A DNA stretch of 64,000 nucleotides from Treponema sp. (GCA_009781475.1 WQYB01000001.1:4489-68488), one strand, 5' to 3'. Shown: positions 38,985 to 49,255, counted from the stretch's first letter. The notes: generated by a model not told the origin, from the sequence alone. Made by a program: numbers and translations.

Positions 38985-40250
38985 ATGTTGGACATCGGTC
39001 AAATACACCGAAATGAATATGAACTTGAAACTTTCTCTGATTCTTCCAATGATGATGATCGATTAAAATATAATATTGCTATCGGCGAAGCCCCGGGCAG
39101 AATACACTTTTTGGGTGAACTTACTCCTTGTCAAAAATCAAAACAAGCAAAATCTGACCCTGAATCAGGCTTTTTTCTTTCTGCCGCTATAGATCGTTAT
39201 ATTCATGTAGCAGTAAGCATGCGCAAAGACAATTCATTCCGGTTTTATGCAGCTGATTTAAACGAACGTAAACGAAATACGCTTGTCAATTTAAAATATA
39301 AACGTGAAGACAGATGGGCTAACTATCTGAAACCCGCTATTTTCCTTTTTACAGGGTTAGGTTACCCGATGAAAGGGCTTAATTTTTCATTTTGCGGCGA
39401 TATTCCTCAGCAGATTGGGCTTGCATCTTCAACAGCTATAGAAGTTGCGGCGGCGACTGCTCTTAGAAGTTTATTAAAAATACATATAAATGACATGGAT
39501 TTGGCATATAAATTAAAAGAGGCGCATAATGATATTTTTGGAAAATCAACGCCTCTTGCCGATTATATTGCAGCTCTTTGCGCCAGAAAGGATCAATTTC
39601 TGGTTATCGATACCCTTGATTCGGCTGGTTCTAATGACTCAACCAGAGGTGATGTAAGGCTTATTCAATCGCCTTTTGCACGTTTTAGATTTTTAATTAT
39701 AGATTCCAGGGTTCCTCGTTTTGGTATAGAAGGTGAAATAAACTCAAGAAGGTCGGACATTTTAAAAGGTCTTGAACTGCTTTCTAAAAAAAGAAAAGGA
39801 GCGAGTTTTAAAGATTTTGCTTCTTCCGATTTACTTGAAGTTTTGGGAAATTTCCCGGAACAAATCAGACGGCGCAGTATTCATGTTGTCGATGAAATTC
39901 ACAGGGTAAATGATGCTGCGGATGCACTTGAACGAAGCGACCTTGCTTCACTTGCCAAAATAATTTATCACTCTCATGAAAGTCTGCGGGACCTTTATGA
40001 AATAAGCTGCCCTGAAGTTGACTGGCTTGTAAAACGAGCTCAGGAAATTGAAGGAGCTGCAGGTTCCAGGATGACAGGTCTTGGATTTGGCGGCTGTACA
40101 TATACGATAATCCGCCGTGAACTTGTTGAAGAATATAAAAAACGCCTTGAAGATTACGAGAGGATTTTTGGTTTTAGACCTGTTATATATGAATTTAAAC
40201 TGGCGGCAAAAGCAAGGGTGATTCCTTCAAAAAAGAGGGTTTATGCTTAG
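38985..40250 (+). CDS. Galactokinase-like GHMP kinase (divergent sugar-binding motif)
   Basis: APGRIHFLGE, IGLASSTA, SHESLRDLYEISCPE, GSRMTGLGFGGC. Confidence 0.8.
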   Translation: MLDIGQIHRNEYELETFSDSSNDDDRLKYNIAIGEAPGRIHFLGELTPCQKSKQAKSDPESGFFLSAAIDRYIHVAVSMRKDNSFRFYAADLNERKRNTLVNLKYKREDRWANYLKPAIFLFTGLGYPMKGLNFSFCGDIPQQIGLASSTAIEVAAATALRSLLKIHINDMDLAYKLKEAHNDIFGKSTPLADYIAALCARKDQFLVIDTLDSAGSNDSTRGDVRLIQSPFARFRFLIIDSRVPRFGIEGEINSRRSDILKGLELLSKKRKGASFKDFASSDLLEVLGNFPEQIRRRSIHVVDEIHRVNDAADALERSDLASLAKIIYHSHESLRDLYEISCPEVDWLVKRAQEIEGAAGSRMTGLGFGGCTYTIIRRELVEEYKKRLEDYERIFGFRPVIYEFKLAAKARVIPSKKRVYA

Positions 40251-41007
40251 AATATTGCTTACAAATGATGATGGTTTTACATCTCCCGGCATCAGACTGC
40301 TTGCTAAAGCTCTTCGTATGGCAGGGCATAGGGTTTTTACCATAGCTCCGGATACAAACCGTTCAGGTTGTTCTCATTCAATTTTATTTTTAAATAAACC
40401 CCTTAAATTGGCAGAAATCGAAGAAGATACCTGGTCTTGTTCGGGAACACCGGTAGATTGCATAATAAACGCTCTTTTGGGCGGTATCCCTGAAATCTGT
40501 ATTGCAACAGAAGGATCTGCTTTAAACATGGAAAGAGCTCCGGATTTAATTTTATCGGGTATTAATGCAGGAGCAAATCTGGGTACTGATATTGTCTATT
40601 CAGGAACTGCTGCGGCAGCCCGGCAGGGGAGTTTTTTTAATATTCCTTCTGTGGCGCTGTCTTTGGTTGAAAGCGGCGATTCAAGCTGGCAATGGGAATC
40701 GGTTATTTCATATATCATCGAAAAACTGGTTTTGATGATGGGTTACTGGAAAGCAGGCGCTTTTGTAAATGTCAATTTTCCAAACAGTGAAAAAAAACCC
40801 GGCGAACTTGTTTCTACTTTTCCATCTATGCGTTATTATAATGATCGTATAGTTACATATATATCTCCTGAGGGGGGTAAGTTCTGTTTTGCTAAACCGG
40901 GTAAGGTCGAAAATATCCCGGAAGACGGTTCTGATTGGGCTGAGGTAATAAAAGGTAATGCTGCATTTAGTGTAATCATGTCTCAGCCTGTGGTTTGTAA
41001 AGATTAG
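40243..41007 (+). CDS. surE: 5'/3'-nucleotidase SurE
   Basis: ILLTNDDG, SGTPVDC, SGINAGANLG, YSGT. Confidence 0.95.
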   Translation: MLRILLTNDDGFTSPGIRLLAKALRMAGHRVFTIAPDTNRSGCSHSILFLNKPLKLAEIEEDTWSCSGTPVDCIINALLGGIPEICIATEGSALNMERAPDLILSGINAGANLGTDIVYSGTAAAARQGSFFNIPSVALSLVESGDSSWQWESVISYIIEKLVLMMGYWKAGAFVNVNFPNSEKKPGELVSTFPSMRYYNDRIVTYISPEGGKFCFAKPGKVENIPEDGSDWAEVIKGNAAFSVIMSQPVVCKD

Positions 41008-41052
41008 TTAATAAAGTTGTGAACAATTAGCAAGGGGAGGGAAAGCTAAGGG

Positions 41053-41805
41053 ATGACAGCACAACAAAATGGCTTTGGCGATTCTGATACTCTGCGGCAG
41101 CAAGGTGAAAAAATGGAACTAAAACCGGACAGCAAGTTTCAGGAAGCCGTACAGCTCTTTCGTATAAAAAACTGGAAAAAAGCGCTGAAAGAATTTTTAT
41201 CTACAGATACCTCTGATTTTAATTATGATGAAAAAATGGAACTAGCCTATTATCTTGGGTTATGTTATACGAAACTGGAATATTATGAAGAGGCTCTTAC
41301 CTATCTTGAACAGGTAGTTACATCCGGGCATGATATTTTACGTGTTTTCCAGTGCCGTATGACACTTGCTTATATTTATGTTATAACAAAACGTGTCAGA
41401 ATGGCAGAATATGAATTAAAAAGGCTTCAATCAAACGGATTTGAATCTCCTTTGCTTTATAATACCCTGGCTTATGCCGCATGGCTGCAAAAGCAATATA
41501 AAAACGCTATCGAACTTTACGAAAAAACCCTGGAAATTGATTCTGATAACGCCACAGCACTAAACAGCATGGGTTATATACTTGCAGATACAGGGCTGGA
41601 TGTTATGCGGGCTTTACGTCTTTGCAGAAGGGCAGTAGATACAAAACCTCAAAGCCCTGCATATCTGGATTCACTTGGCTGGGCTTATTACAAAAGCGGT
41701 GAAACCCTTGAAGCGCGCACTTGGCTGCGAAGAGCGCTCGACCTTGCACCTAACGAAGAGACAATCAAAAAACATTTTAAAATCGTCTCAGGAGATGCGA
41801 AGTGA
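41053..41805 (+). CDS. TPR-repeat protein (alternative start 41113)
   Basis: TPR helices, ALNSMGYILA, YLDSLGWAYY. Confidence 0.88.
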   Translation: MTAQQNGFGDSDTLRQQGEKMELKPDSKFQEAVQLFRIKNWKKALKEFLSTDTSDFNYDEKMELAYYLGLCYTKLEYYEEALTYLEQVVTSGHDILRVFQCRMTLAYIYVITKRVRMAEYELKRLQSNGFESPLLYNTLAYAAWLQKQYKNAIELYEKTLEIDSDNATALNSMGYILADTGLDVMRALRLCRRAVDTKPQSPAYLDSLGWAYYKSGETLEARTWLRRALDLAPNEETIKKHFKIVSGDAK

Positions 41806-43931
41806 AAAGAAAGAATTTAACCACGGAGTACACTGAGTTTCACGGAGGAAATATTATTTTCGTCCCAAGAACTCCGTGTCTCTCCGTGTCCTCTGTGGTT
41901 TTTCTTCTTTTTCTTTTTTTTACTGCTAATCTACATTCGCAGGAGCCTGTTACGGGCGGGACAGGAGCTGATGCGCTTTTCGCTGCAGATGAATTCCGTC
42001 TTGGTGTACAGGCATTTAACAGGTTTTCGTATAACGAAGCGATCCTTTCTTTTGAACGCGCTTTGTCTTTCCGTCCGGGGCAGCCGCTTATATTGGACTG
42101 GCTGGGTAAATCGTATTACCGTTCAGGTTTTGAAGAAACTGCATTAAGACAGTGGCGTTCTGCTTTGGATATTTACGGAAGAAGTTCCGGTACTGGGATG
42201 TTATTAAATGCCAGAATCGAAACAGTTTCTAACAGGCGTTTTTTAAGACCAATAATTGATGACGGAGTGCGTTATGTAGGAGCGGGGCGTTATCCCGGAA
42301 GATATGAAAATCTTGTTTTATACCGTCAGCCTACATCTGTTTTGGCAAATAACGACGGTTCTGTATGGATTGTAGCGTATGGCAGTAATGAAATATTAAG
42401 AGTAGATGTAAACGGAATTATAAGAGATCGCAAAAGAGGTCCGCTTAACGGTTTTGATCGTCCGTACGATTTAGTACGAGGACTTGACGGACGTATGTAT
42501 CTGTCGGAGTTCCGGGGCAGCAGAATAAGCGTTTTAAGCAATAGCGGCGATTGGCTTTCTTATATCGGTTCAAGAGGATTGGGTAACGGTCAAATGGTAG
42601 GACCGCAGCATCTTACAATCGATGAAGACGGTTATCTTTATGTTGTTGATTACGGTAACAGACGAATAACAAAGTATGATCCTGATGGTATGTTTATTAT
42701 TTCATTTGGATTAAGAAGTTCTGTGTTTCCCGGAATGTTATCGCCGACAGGAATTGCCGCTGGTAATGGAATAATTTATGCCGCTGACAGTGTTGCAAAA
42801 GCAATTTACATGTTTGATCCCAACGGAAATTATTTGGGACGGCTTGCTGTAGATGGTTTAATTGGTCCTGAAAGCCTTAAGTTTATATCGGACGGAACCT
42901 TACTTGTTGTAGACGGTAATAGGCTCTTGCAAATAGATCCAAATACGGCGATTGTGCGGGAGCTGGGTCTTGGCGGAACAGAGCGTGTGCGTATAACAGG
43001 CGCTGACATGGATAGAAACGGAAACATTGTAGCCGCTAATTTTAACGCCGGAGAAGTTTCCATATTGACCCGTTTTGATGATATCGCTTCCGGTTTCTTT
43101 GTGCAGATACGCAATGTAAATTCTCAAAATTTTCCGAATGTAGCTGTTGAATTAACAGTCGAAGACAGGCTGCGCCGCCCTATTTTGGGTCTTGATAATA
43201 ATAATTTCTTAATAACTGAAAACGGAGTTCCTGTTAATAACCAGACAATATTTATGCCCGGTTTCCGTTATCAGGGAGCTGATATATCCCTCCTTGTTGA
43301 AAGATCGGATGTTACAAGCAGAATGCGCGATGATCTTACGTCCGCTTCACGCGATATAAACCGGGCTTTGCAGGAAATGGGTAATTCAAAAGTTGTTTCT
43401 GTAGTATCCGCAAGCACTCAGCCTAGAAGAGAGCAGCATGTTAACTCGCTTGAAAATGCAGTAAGAGGATCTGCTGATTCTTACAGCCAGCGATGGAGGT
43501 TCGACCTTGGACTTCGTCTTGCCGCAACAGACCTTTTAACAGCAGCTGCGAAAAGATCTGTTGTATATATAGGTTCCGGAAGTTTAGGCGAATTGGCGTT
43601 TGAGCAGTACAGTCTTTCGGAAATGGCGGCGTATCTTGCGAATAACGGTATTGTGTTTAATGCCATTATTATAGGTGATGATTATATTTCAGCTGGTGTT
43701 GAATACCTTTGCAGAGAAACAGGCGGAAAAGCAATGCGTCTTTACCGCCCAAGAGGTATCGGAGAATTAATTAAAAGCGTAGGTCAAACACCTTCAGGGC
43801 TTTACAGTTTTACATTTAATTCACGGCTCCAAACGGATTTCGGAAGAGCCTGGCTTCCTTTGGAAGTTGAAGTTTACCTTATGGAAAGATCGGGAAGAGA
43901 CAATACAGGTTATTTTGCGCCGTTACAATAA
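41802..43931 (+). CDS. Exported TPR + NHL beta-propeller + vWA-like protein; repeat element in frame in the signal region
   Basis: NHL repeats (RPYDL, GPQHL..YVVDYGNRRI); GTG start overlaps the upstream TGA; RBS GGAG. Confidence 0.82.
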   Translation: MKRKNLTTEYTEFHGGNIIFVPRTPCLSVSSVVFLLFLFFTANLHSQEPVTGGTGADALFAADEFRLGVQAFNRFSYNEAILSFERALSFRPGQPLILDWLGKSYYRSGFEETALRQWRSALDIYGRSSGTGMLLNARIETVSNRRFLRPIIDDGVRYVGAGRYPGRYENLVLYRQPTSVLANNDGSVWIVAYGSNEILRVDVNGIIRDRKRGPLNGFDRPYDLVRGLDGRMYLSEFRGSRISVLSNSGDWLSYIGSRGLGNGQMVGPQHLTIDEDGYLYVVDYGNRRITKYDPDGMFIISFGLRSSVFPGMLSPTGIAAGNGIIYAADSVAKAIYMFDPNGNYLGRLAVDGLIGPESLKFISDGTLLVVDGNRLLQIDPNTAIVRELGLGGTERVRITGADMDRNGNIVAANFNAGEVSILTRFDDIASGFFVQIRNVNSQNFPNVAVELTVEDRLRRPILGLDNNNFLITENGVPVNNQTIFMPGFRYQGADISLLVERSDVTSRMRDDLTSASRDINRALQEMGNSKVVSVVSASTQPRREQHVNSLENAVRGSADSYSQRWRFDLGLRLAATDLLTAAAKRSVVYIGSGSLGELAFEQYSLSEMAAYLANNGIVFNAIIIGDDYISAGVEYLCRETGGKAMRLYRPRGIGELIKSVGQTPSGLYSFTFNSRLQTDFGRAWLPLEVEVYLMERSGRDNTGYFAPLQ
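41820..41899. repeat. 80-bp palindromic element (copy B), inside CDS
   Basis: ACCACGGAGTACACTGAGTTTCACGGAGG-loop-ACTCCGTGTCTCTCCGTGTCCTCTGTGGT; arms near-identical to copies A and C. Confidence 0.9.
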
Positions 43932-43954
43932 TTAAAATTAATCAGGAGTAAATT

Positions 43955-45277
43955 ATGCTGAAAATTACATTTTTGGGAGCAGGAAGCACGGTATTTGCAC
44001 GTAACGTACTTGGTGATTGTATGTCAAGCCATGCGTTAAGAGACTGCGAATTGGCTTTATATGATATCGATGCACAGCGTCTTAAAGAAAGCGAAAAAAT
44101 CTTAAGTGCAATAAATAAAAGTAAAGGCGGTTTTTCAAAAATTACCTGTTACGCAGGTCTTGAAAATCTTGAAAGCGCTTTAAAAGGCGCGTCATTTGCC
44201 GTAAATGCAATTCAGGTAGGCGGATACGACCCTGCAACAATTGCAGATTTTGAAATTCCAAAAAAATACGGATTACGCCAAACCATCGGTGATACATTGG
44301 GAATCGGCGGAATTATGCGCGCACTGCGGACAATTCCTGTAATGGAAATGTTTGCAAAAAAAATGGAAAAGGTCTGCCCCGATGCATGGTTATTAAATTA
44401 TACAAAACCAATGTCCATGTTAACAGGATATATACAAACATATACCGATGTAAAAACTGTCGGTCTTTGCCACAGTGTTCAGGTTTGCTCGCAGCACTTG
44501 CTTGAATCGCTTGGAATGGGTGACAAACTTGAAGGCTGTAAGGAATTAATTGCAGGCATCAATCACATGGGATGGCTCTTAGATATCCGCGGTAAAAATA
44601 ACGAAGATCTGTATCCCGAAATCAAAAAAAGAGCAAAAGAAAAAAACGCAGACGGAAAACACTGGGACATGGTTCGTTATGACTATATTGATAAACTCGG
44701 ATACTACTGCACAGAATCAAGCGAACACAATGCCGAATACAGCCCGTTTTACATCAAATCAAAATATCCTAATTTAATCGGCGATTTTAATATTCCGTTA
44801 GACGAGTATCCGCGCCGCTGTATTGAACAAATCGAAGGCTGGAAAGCCGAGTATGAAAATCTTGCCAAGGTTGATTCTCTGGAACACAATAGATCGCATG
44901 AATATGCTTCTTACATAATGGAATCGATTGTTACAGGAAATCCTTATAAAATAGGCGGAAATGTATTAAACACAGGTAACTGCATAGAAAACCTGCCCAA
45001 AGAAGCCTGCGTAGAAATTCCTTGTCTTGTTGATAATACCGGCATTAGAGCGTGTTATGTAGGTAAACTTCCCGTTCACCTTGCCGCGATGAATATGACA
45101 CATATCAATGTACACTTAATAACGATGGAAGCAGCATATAGCAAAAAGAAAGAACATGTTTACCATGCGGCAATGTTAGACCCGCACACCGCAGCGGAAC
45201 TTTCTTTGGACGACATCAGATCGATGGTAGATGAGTTATTGGAATCTCATAAAATTTGGCTGCCTGAGTATAAGTAA
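43955..45277 (+). CDS. melA: GH4 NAD+/Mn-dependent alpha-galactosidase
   Basis: GAGSTVF, QTIGDTLGIGG, VGLCHSVQ, AGINHM, TESSEHNAEY. Confidence 0.9.
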   Translation: MLKITFLGAGSTVFARNVLGDCMSSHALRDCELALYDIDAQRLKESEKILSAINKSKGGFSKITCYAGLENLESALKGASFAVNAIQVGGYDPATIADFEIPKKYGLRQTIGDTLGIGGIMRALRTIPVMEMFAKKMEKVCPDAWLLNYTKPMSMLTGYIQTYTDVKTVGLCHSVQVCSQHLLESLGMGDKLEGCKELIAGINHMGWLLDIRGKNNEDLYPEIKKRAKEKNADGKHWDMVRYDYIDKLGYYCTESSEHNAEYSPFYIKSKYPNLIGDFNIPLDEYPRRCIEQIEGWKAEYENLAKVDSLEHNRSHEYASYIMESIVTGNPYKIGGNVLNTGNCIENLPKEACVEIPCLVDNTGIRACYVGKLPVHLAAMNMTHINVHLITMEAAYSKKKEHVYHAAMLDPHTAAELSLDDIRSMVDELLESHKIWLPEYK

Positions 45278-45279
45278 AA

Positions 45280-45681
45280 TTACCTTTTATCCTTACGGCG
45301 GCTGCGGCTTTCTTTTTCATCAATGCTTTCAAGGACAATCTGCGACAGTATTTTAAAGTGCTGAGGAAGCAAAACTTCGTCAGGGGTGTTATAGTAGGCA
45401 AGCACGTCGTTAAACCCTTCCCGTGCCAGGGTATAATTTCTTTGTTTATAATGAATATGTGCGATATGGTATTCGGCAGTAATTACAAGATCAATACTGT
45501 TTCTGTGGCGATCATGAAGAGCCTGATAATATTGAATGGCAGCTTTATAGTTATTTCTGTCCAATGCTTCCTGCGCACGCTGGATTAATTCGGCAGAAGA
45601 CGTATCATCATTTATAACCACTGTTGTTTTGCATGAAATAAACAATAACAACAAAACCGGTAAAAGTAATAATTTATTCAT
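45280..45681 (-). CDS. Small TPR lipoprotein (BamD-like)
   Basis: LLFISC lipobox; ELIQRAQEA...AEYHIAHIHYKQ TPR helices. Confidence 0.7.
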   Translation of the reverse strand: MNKLLLLPVLLLLFISCKTTVVINDDTSSAELIQRAQEALDRNNYKAAIQYYQALHDRHRNSIDLVITAEYHIAHIHYKQRNYTLAREGFNDVLAYYNTPDEVLLPQHFKILSQIVLESIDEKESRSRRKDKR

Positions 45682-45687
45682 TGTCAT

Positions 45688-45766
45688 AATATAACTAAAC
45701 AATCAATTAATGTAAAGAGTAACAGGAAGTATATATAATTGACATATACGGTTAAAAAAGTAAAAT
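45688..45766. promoter_or_regulatory. Back-to-back promoters: minus TTTACA-17-TATATT (lipoprotein), plus TTGACA-16-TAAAAT (argC); each 6 nt from its ATG
   Basis: Hexamers at 45716-45711/45693-45688 and 45739-45744/45761-45766; no SD. Confidence 0.65.
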
Positions 45767-45772
45767 AATACT

Positions 45773-46888
45773 ATGATTGCAGGTATTATAGGCGCTACAG
45801 GTTATGCCGGAGCCGAACTATTAAGGCTTCTTAACGGACATCCTAAAATAACAGGTTTTAATCTGTCTTCTGTCAGCTTTGAAGGCGAAAAAATAGAAGA
45901 TATTTATCCCAATTTTCTGGGTAGGATAAGCTCTGTGCTTCAAAAAGCCGAGGATGTAATCGCTTCTTCGGATGTGGTTTTTTCAGCTTTACCGCACGGA
46001 GTAGGAGAAAAATACGCCGAAGCCTGTATCGGTCGCAAGATACATTATATCGATCTTTCCGCCGATTTTCGCTTTGGCGATGATGAAGTTATTTTTAATG
46101 ACTGGTACGGCAAAAAATATGATTTTCCAAATTTGCACAAGGATTCAATTTATGGTCTTCCTGAATTAAACAGGCAAAAGATAAAAGAGCTAACCTCTAA
46201 AGGAGCCGTAATAATCGGAAACCCGGGCTGCTACCCGACAGGTGCGCTGCTTGGGGTGTATGCAGCTTTATCTAAAGGACTTGTCTGCGATAGTGATACG
46301 CCGGTAATCGTAAACTCTGCTTCCGGTACTTCAGGCGGCGGAAGAGAGCCAGCAAGATCGTTTCATTACAGCGAGTGCGCAGATTCTACAGCTCCGTATA
46401 AAATTGCATCACACAGACATTCGCCCGAGATTGCAAGACACATGGCATTTATGACACCTGCCGGTGCAAAGCCGCCCAAGGTAATTTTTACACCGCACCT
46501 AGTACCCATGAACAGGGGAATTTTAAGCACAATTTATATTTCGTTATCTGAAAAATGGCGTATAACACCTGTTAATAATAATTTGCAGCCTTCAAAAGAA
46601 ATAAAAGAAAAAACTTTAGAAATTAGGCAGCTTTACAGCGATTTTTATAAAGACGAACCGTTTGTGCGGGTATTACCTGACGGTGTAACTGCCGCGACTA
46701 ACCGTGTGCGCCAGTCAAATTATTGTGATATTTCCGTTCATATCGATATTAACGGCTCTACATTAATAGTAGCGACTGCCATCGACAATATGGTAAAGGG
46801 AGCAGCGGGTCAGGCAGTACAGAACATGAATATTTTATTTGGCTTCGATGAAACAGACGGATTAAAAGCCATCCCAATGATTTTTTAA
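45773..46888 (+). CDS. argC: N-acetyl-gamma-glutamyl-phosphate reductase
   Basis: GATGYAG, DLSADFR, NPGCYPT, FTPHLVP, DNMVKGAAGQAVQN. Confidence 0.96.
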   Translation: MIAGIIGATGYAGAELLRLLNGHPKITGFNLSSVSFEGEKIEDIYPNFLGRISSVLQKAEDVIASSDVVFSALPHGVGEKYAEACIGRKIHYIDLSADFRFGDDEVIFNDWYGKKYDFPNLHKDSIYGLPELNRQKIKELTSKGAVIIGNPGCYPTGALLGVYAALSKGLVCDSDTPVIVNSASGTSGGGREPARSFHYSECADSTAPYKIASHRHSPEIARHMAFMTPAGAKPPKVIFTPHLVPMNRGILSTIYISLSEKWRITPVNNNLQPSKEIKEKTLEIRQLYSDFYKDEPFVRVLPDGVTAATNRVRQSNYCDISVHIDINGSTLIVATAIDNMVKGAAGQAVQNMNILFGFDETDGLKAIPMIF

Positions 46889-46924
46889 AGGACTTTTTAC
46901 ATGGAATTTATAATTAAGAATTTT

Positions 46925-47003
46925 ACCACGAACCATCACGAACCATCACGGAAAGAAGATAGATATCGAATTACGATTTCGTGGTTTTCGTGTGGTTTGT
47001 GGT
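46925..47003. repeat. 79-bp intergenic palindromic element, related subtype (copy F)
   Basis: ACCACGAACCATCACGAACCATCACG-loop-CGTGGTTTTCGTGTGGTTTGTGGT. Confidence 0.8.
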
Positions 47004-47025
47004 TAAATAATTCCTGGAGTTCCGC

Positions 47026-48312
47026 ATGAAAATAATAAAAGGCGGGGTGTGTGCGCCAAAGGGATTTTCCGCAGGCGGCATAAGGTGCGGAATAAAGATG
47101 AGCTCTCAAAAAAAAGACTTGGCTCTAATCTACTCGGAAAATATCTGCGATACTGCAGCAATGTTTACAAAAAATATTGTAAAAGCAGCAAGTGTGCAGC
47201 TAACGCAAAAAAATATTGAAAACGGGAAATTACATGCGATTATCGCAAATTCAGGCAACGCTAATGCTTGCACTGGCGAACAGGGAATGGATGCCGCAAA
47301 ACGCATGGTGCAATCGATTGCTGATGAATTACAAATTGATCCATCCAAAGTTGCCGTAGCTTCTACGGGTGTTATCGGTGTGCCTCTTCCAATTGATGTT
47401 ATAGAAAAAAATATTGGCGCTTTAAAAAACAGTTTAACTGCGGATGAACAGGGACACCTAAACGCTCTTGAAGCAATTATGACAACCGACACCCGCAAAA
47501 AAGAAATAACCGTGGAAATAGAAATCAACGGAAAAACGGTGCGTTTAGGAGCGATGACAAAAGGTTCGGGAATGATTCATCCGAACATGGCAGCGTCTCA
47601 CGCAACTATGCTTACATTTATCACAACAGATGCTGCGGTTAACTCTTCTGTACTGAATGTCTGCCTGCAAAATGCTGTTACAAGATCGTTTAACCGTTTG
47701 ACAGTAGATGGAGATACATCAACTAACGATACAATTATTATAATGGCAAACGGCGAAGCAGGAAATACGCCGATTACCGGGTTTGAAAAACATGATCCGC
47801 GGATTTACGCAGATTTACGCGGATTAGAAGAAAATAATAATTTAAAGATTTTTTATAACGCACTTGAATTTGTTTGTATTTCTCTTGCTAAAATGATGGC
47901 GCGTGACGGAGAAGGAGCAACAAAACTTGTTACCGTAACAGTAAACGGCGCTAAAAACGAAGAGAATGCCGTAATTCTGGCAAAATCAATAGCTTCATCA
48001 AGCCTTGTTAAAGCTGCCTGTTTCGGAGCAGATGCGAATTGGGGCAGGGTGTTATGCGCTATGGGTTATTCTGGGGCGGTATTTTCGCCTGAAAATGTAG
48101 ATGTAAGTTATAAAAGCGAAATAGGGGAAATTACGGTGTGCCAAAACGGAAAAAGTGTTTCTTTCAGCGAAGAAAAAGCAAAGGAAATACTTTCTTCTTG
48201 TGATGAAATCGAAATACTTGTAAATATGAAAGAAGGTATTTCGCAAGTTTCAGTTTGGGGATGCGATCTTACTTATGATTATGTTAAAATAAACGGAGAT
48301 TACAGGTCATGA
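47026..48312 (+). CDS. argJ: Bifunctional ornithine acetyltransferase/N-acetylglutamate synthase
   Basis: NSGNANAC, STGVIG, KGSGMIHPNM, ATML, DGDTSTND, DGEGATK, DANWGR. Confidence 0.96.
   Translation: MKIIKGGVCAPKGFSAGGIRCGIKMSSQKKDLALIYSENICDTAAMFTKNIVKAASVQLTQKNIENGKLHAIIANSGNANACTGEQGMDAAKRMVQSIADELQIDPSKVAVASTGVIGVPLPIDVIEKNIGALKNSLTADEQGHLNALEAIMTTDTRKKEITVEIEINGKTVRLGAMTKGSGMIHPNMAASHATMLTFITTDAAVNSSVLNVCLQNAVTRSFNRLTVDGDTSTNDTIIIMANGEAGNTPITGFEKHDPRIYADLRGLEENNNLKIFYNALEFVCISLAKMMARDGEGATKLVTVTVNGAKNEENAVILAKSIASSSLVKAACFGADANWGRVLCAMGYSGAVFSPENVDVSYKSEIGEITVCQNGKSVSFSEEKAKEILSSCDEIEILVNMKEGISQVSVWGCDLTYDYVKINGDYRS
47795..47826. repeat. Repeat half-element in frame within argJ
   Basis: ATCCGCGGATTTACGCAGATTTACGCGGATTA, encoding DPRIYADLRGL; reverse complement resembles 31928-31960. 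Confidence 0.75.
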
Positions 48313-49181
48313 TTGAAAATAATAAACACAGGGCTGAAATACTTGTTCAGGCTTTGCCGTATATTCAGAATTTTCACGACAAAACAATCGTTGTAAAATA
48401 CGGCGGAAATGCAATGCTTAATAATGATCTTAAAACAGCGGTAATTGAAGATGTAATTCTTATGGCATGTGTCGGGATAAAAGTGGTGCTTGTACATGGC
48501 GGAGGTCCTGAAATCGAAGCTATGTTAAAAAAAACCGGTAAAGAAAGCCGTTTTGTAAACGGACTTAGGTATACAGATGAAGAAACAATGGACATTGTAC
48601 AAATGGTTTTATGCGGCAAAGTAAATAAAGATATTACTGCTCTTATACAAAAAAAAGGCGGTAACGCAATAGGTCTTTGCGGAATTGACGGCGGAATGTT
48701 AAAAGCAAAAAGATTTAATAATGACGGAGAAGACATAGGACTTGTAGGTGTTATTGAACAAGTTGACTCTTCAATTTTAAAGTCGTTATTAAACTCAGGC
48801 GTTATTCCTGTAATTTCATCTGTAGCTTACGGGATAGGGGGATGTGATGAAGGGAAACCTCTTAATATAAACGCTGATATAGCTGCTGCAAAAATAGCTG
48901 CCGCGCTAGGAGCTGAAAAACTGGTATTAATGACAGATGTCCGGGGGCTTTTGCGTGATATACAAGACGAAAATTCATTGATTAAATCGGTCGAAAGATC
49001 ACAGCTTGAAGGTTTAAAAAAGGAAGGAATTATTACAAAAGGTATGATTCCAAAAACCGACTGCTGTGTAATGGCTTTAGACGGCGGGGTTAAAAAAACC
49101 CATATAATCGACGGCCGTCTTCCCCATGCCATACTTATCGAGCTATTTACCAATGAAGGTATCGGAACGATGATTTCATAA
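48309..49181 (+). CDS. argB: Acetylglutamate kinase
   Basis: [32 protein letters not shown]. Confidence 0.96.
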   Translation: MIENNKHRAEILVQALPYIQNFHDKTIVVKYGGNAMLNNDLKTAVIEDVILMACVGIKVVLVHGGGPEIEAMLKKTGKESRFVNGLRYTDEETMDIVQMVLCGKVNKDITALIQKKGGNAIGLCGIDGGMLKAKRFNNDGEDIGLVGVIEQVDSSILKSLLNSGVIPVISSVAYGIGGCDEGKPLNINADIAAAKIAAALGAEKLVLMTDVRGLLRDIQDENSLIKSVERSQLEGLKKEGIITKGMIPKTDCCVMALDGGVKKTHIIDGRLPHAILIELFTNEGIGTMIS

Positions 49182-49194
49182 AACCGCCGGTATA

Positions 49195-49224
49195 TAGACA
49201 AAGAATATCAAAATTTGATAAAAT
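49195..49224 (+). promoter_or_regulatory. Promoter of infC operon, TAGACA-18-TAAAAT (extended -10)
   Basis: Hexamers upstream of the AAGGAGG RBS. Confidence 0.55.
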
Positions 49225-49255
49225 ACCGTTAAGTATTCAGTTACAAGGAGGCCAG

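Noticed and set aside
45680-45772. ArgR boxes upstream of argC (also checked upstream of argG)
   Set aside because: No convincing TGAAT-N4-ATTCA dyad above AT-rich background.
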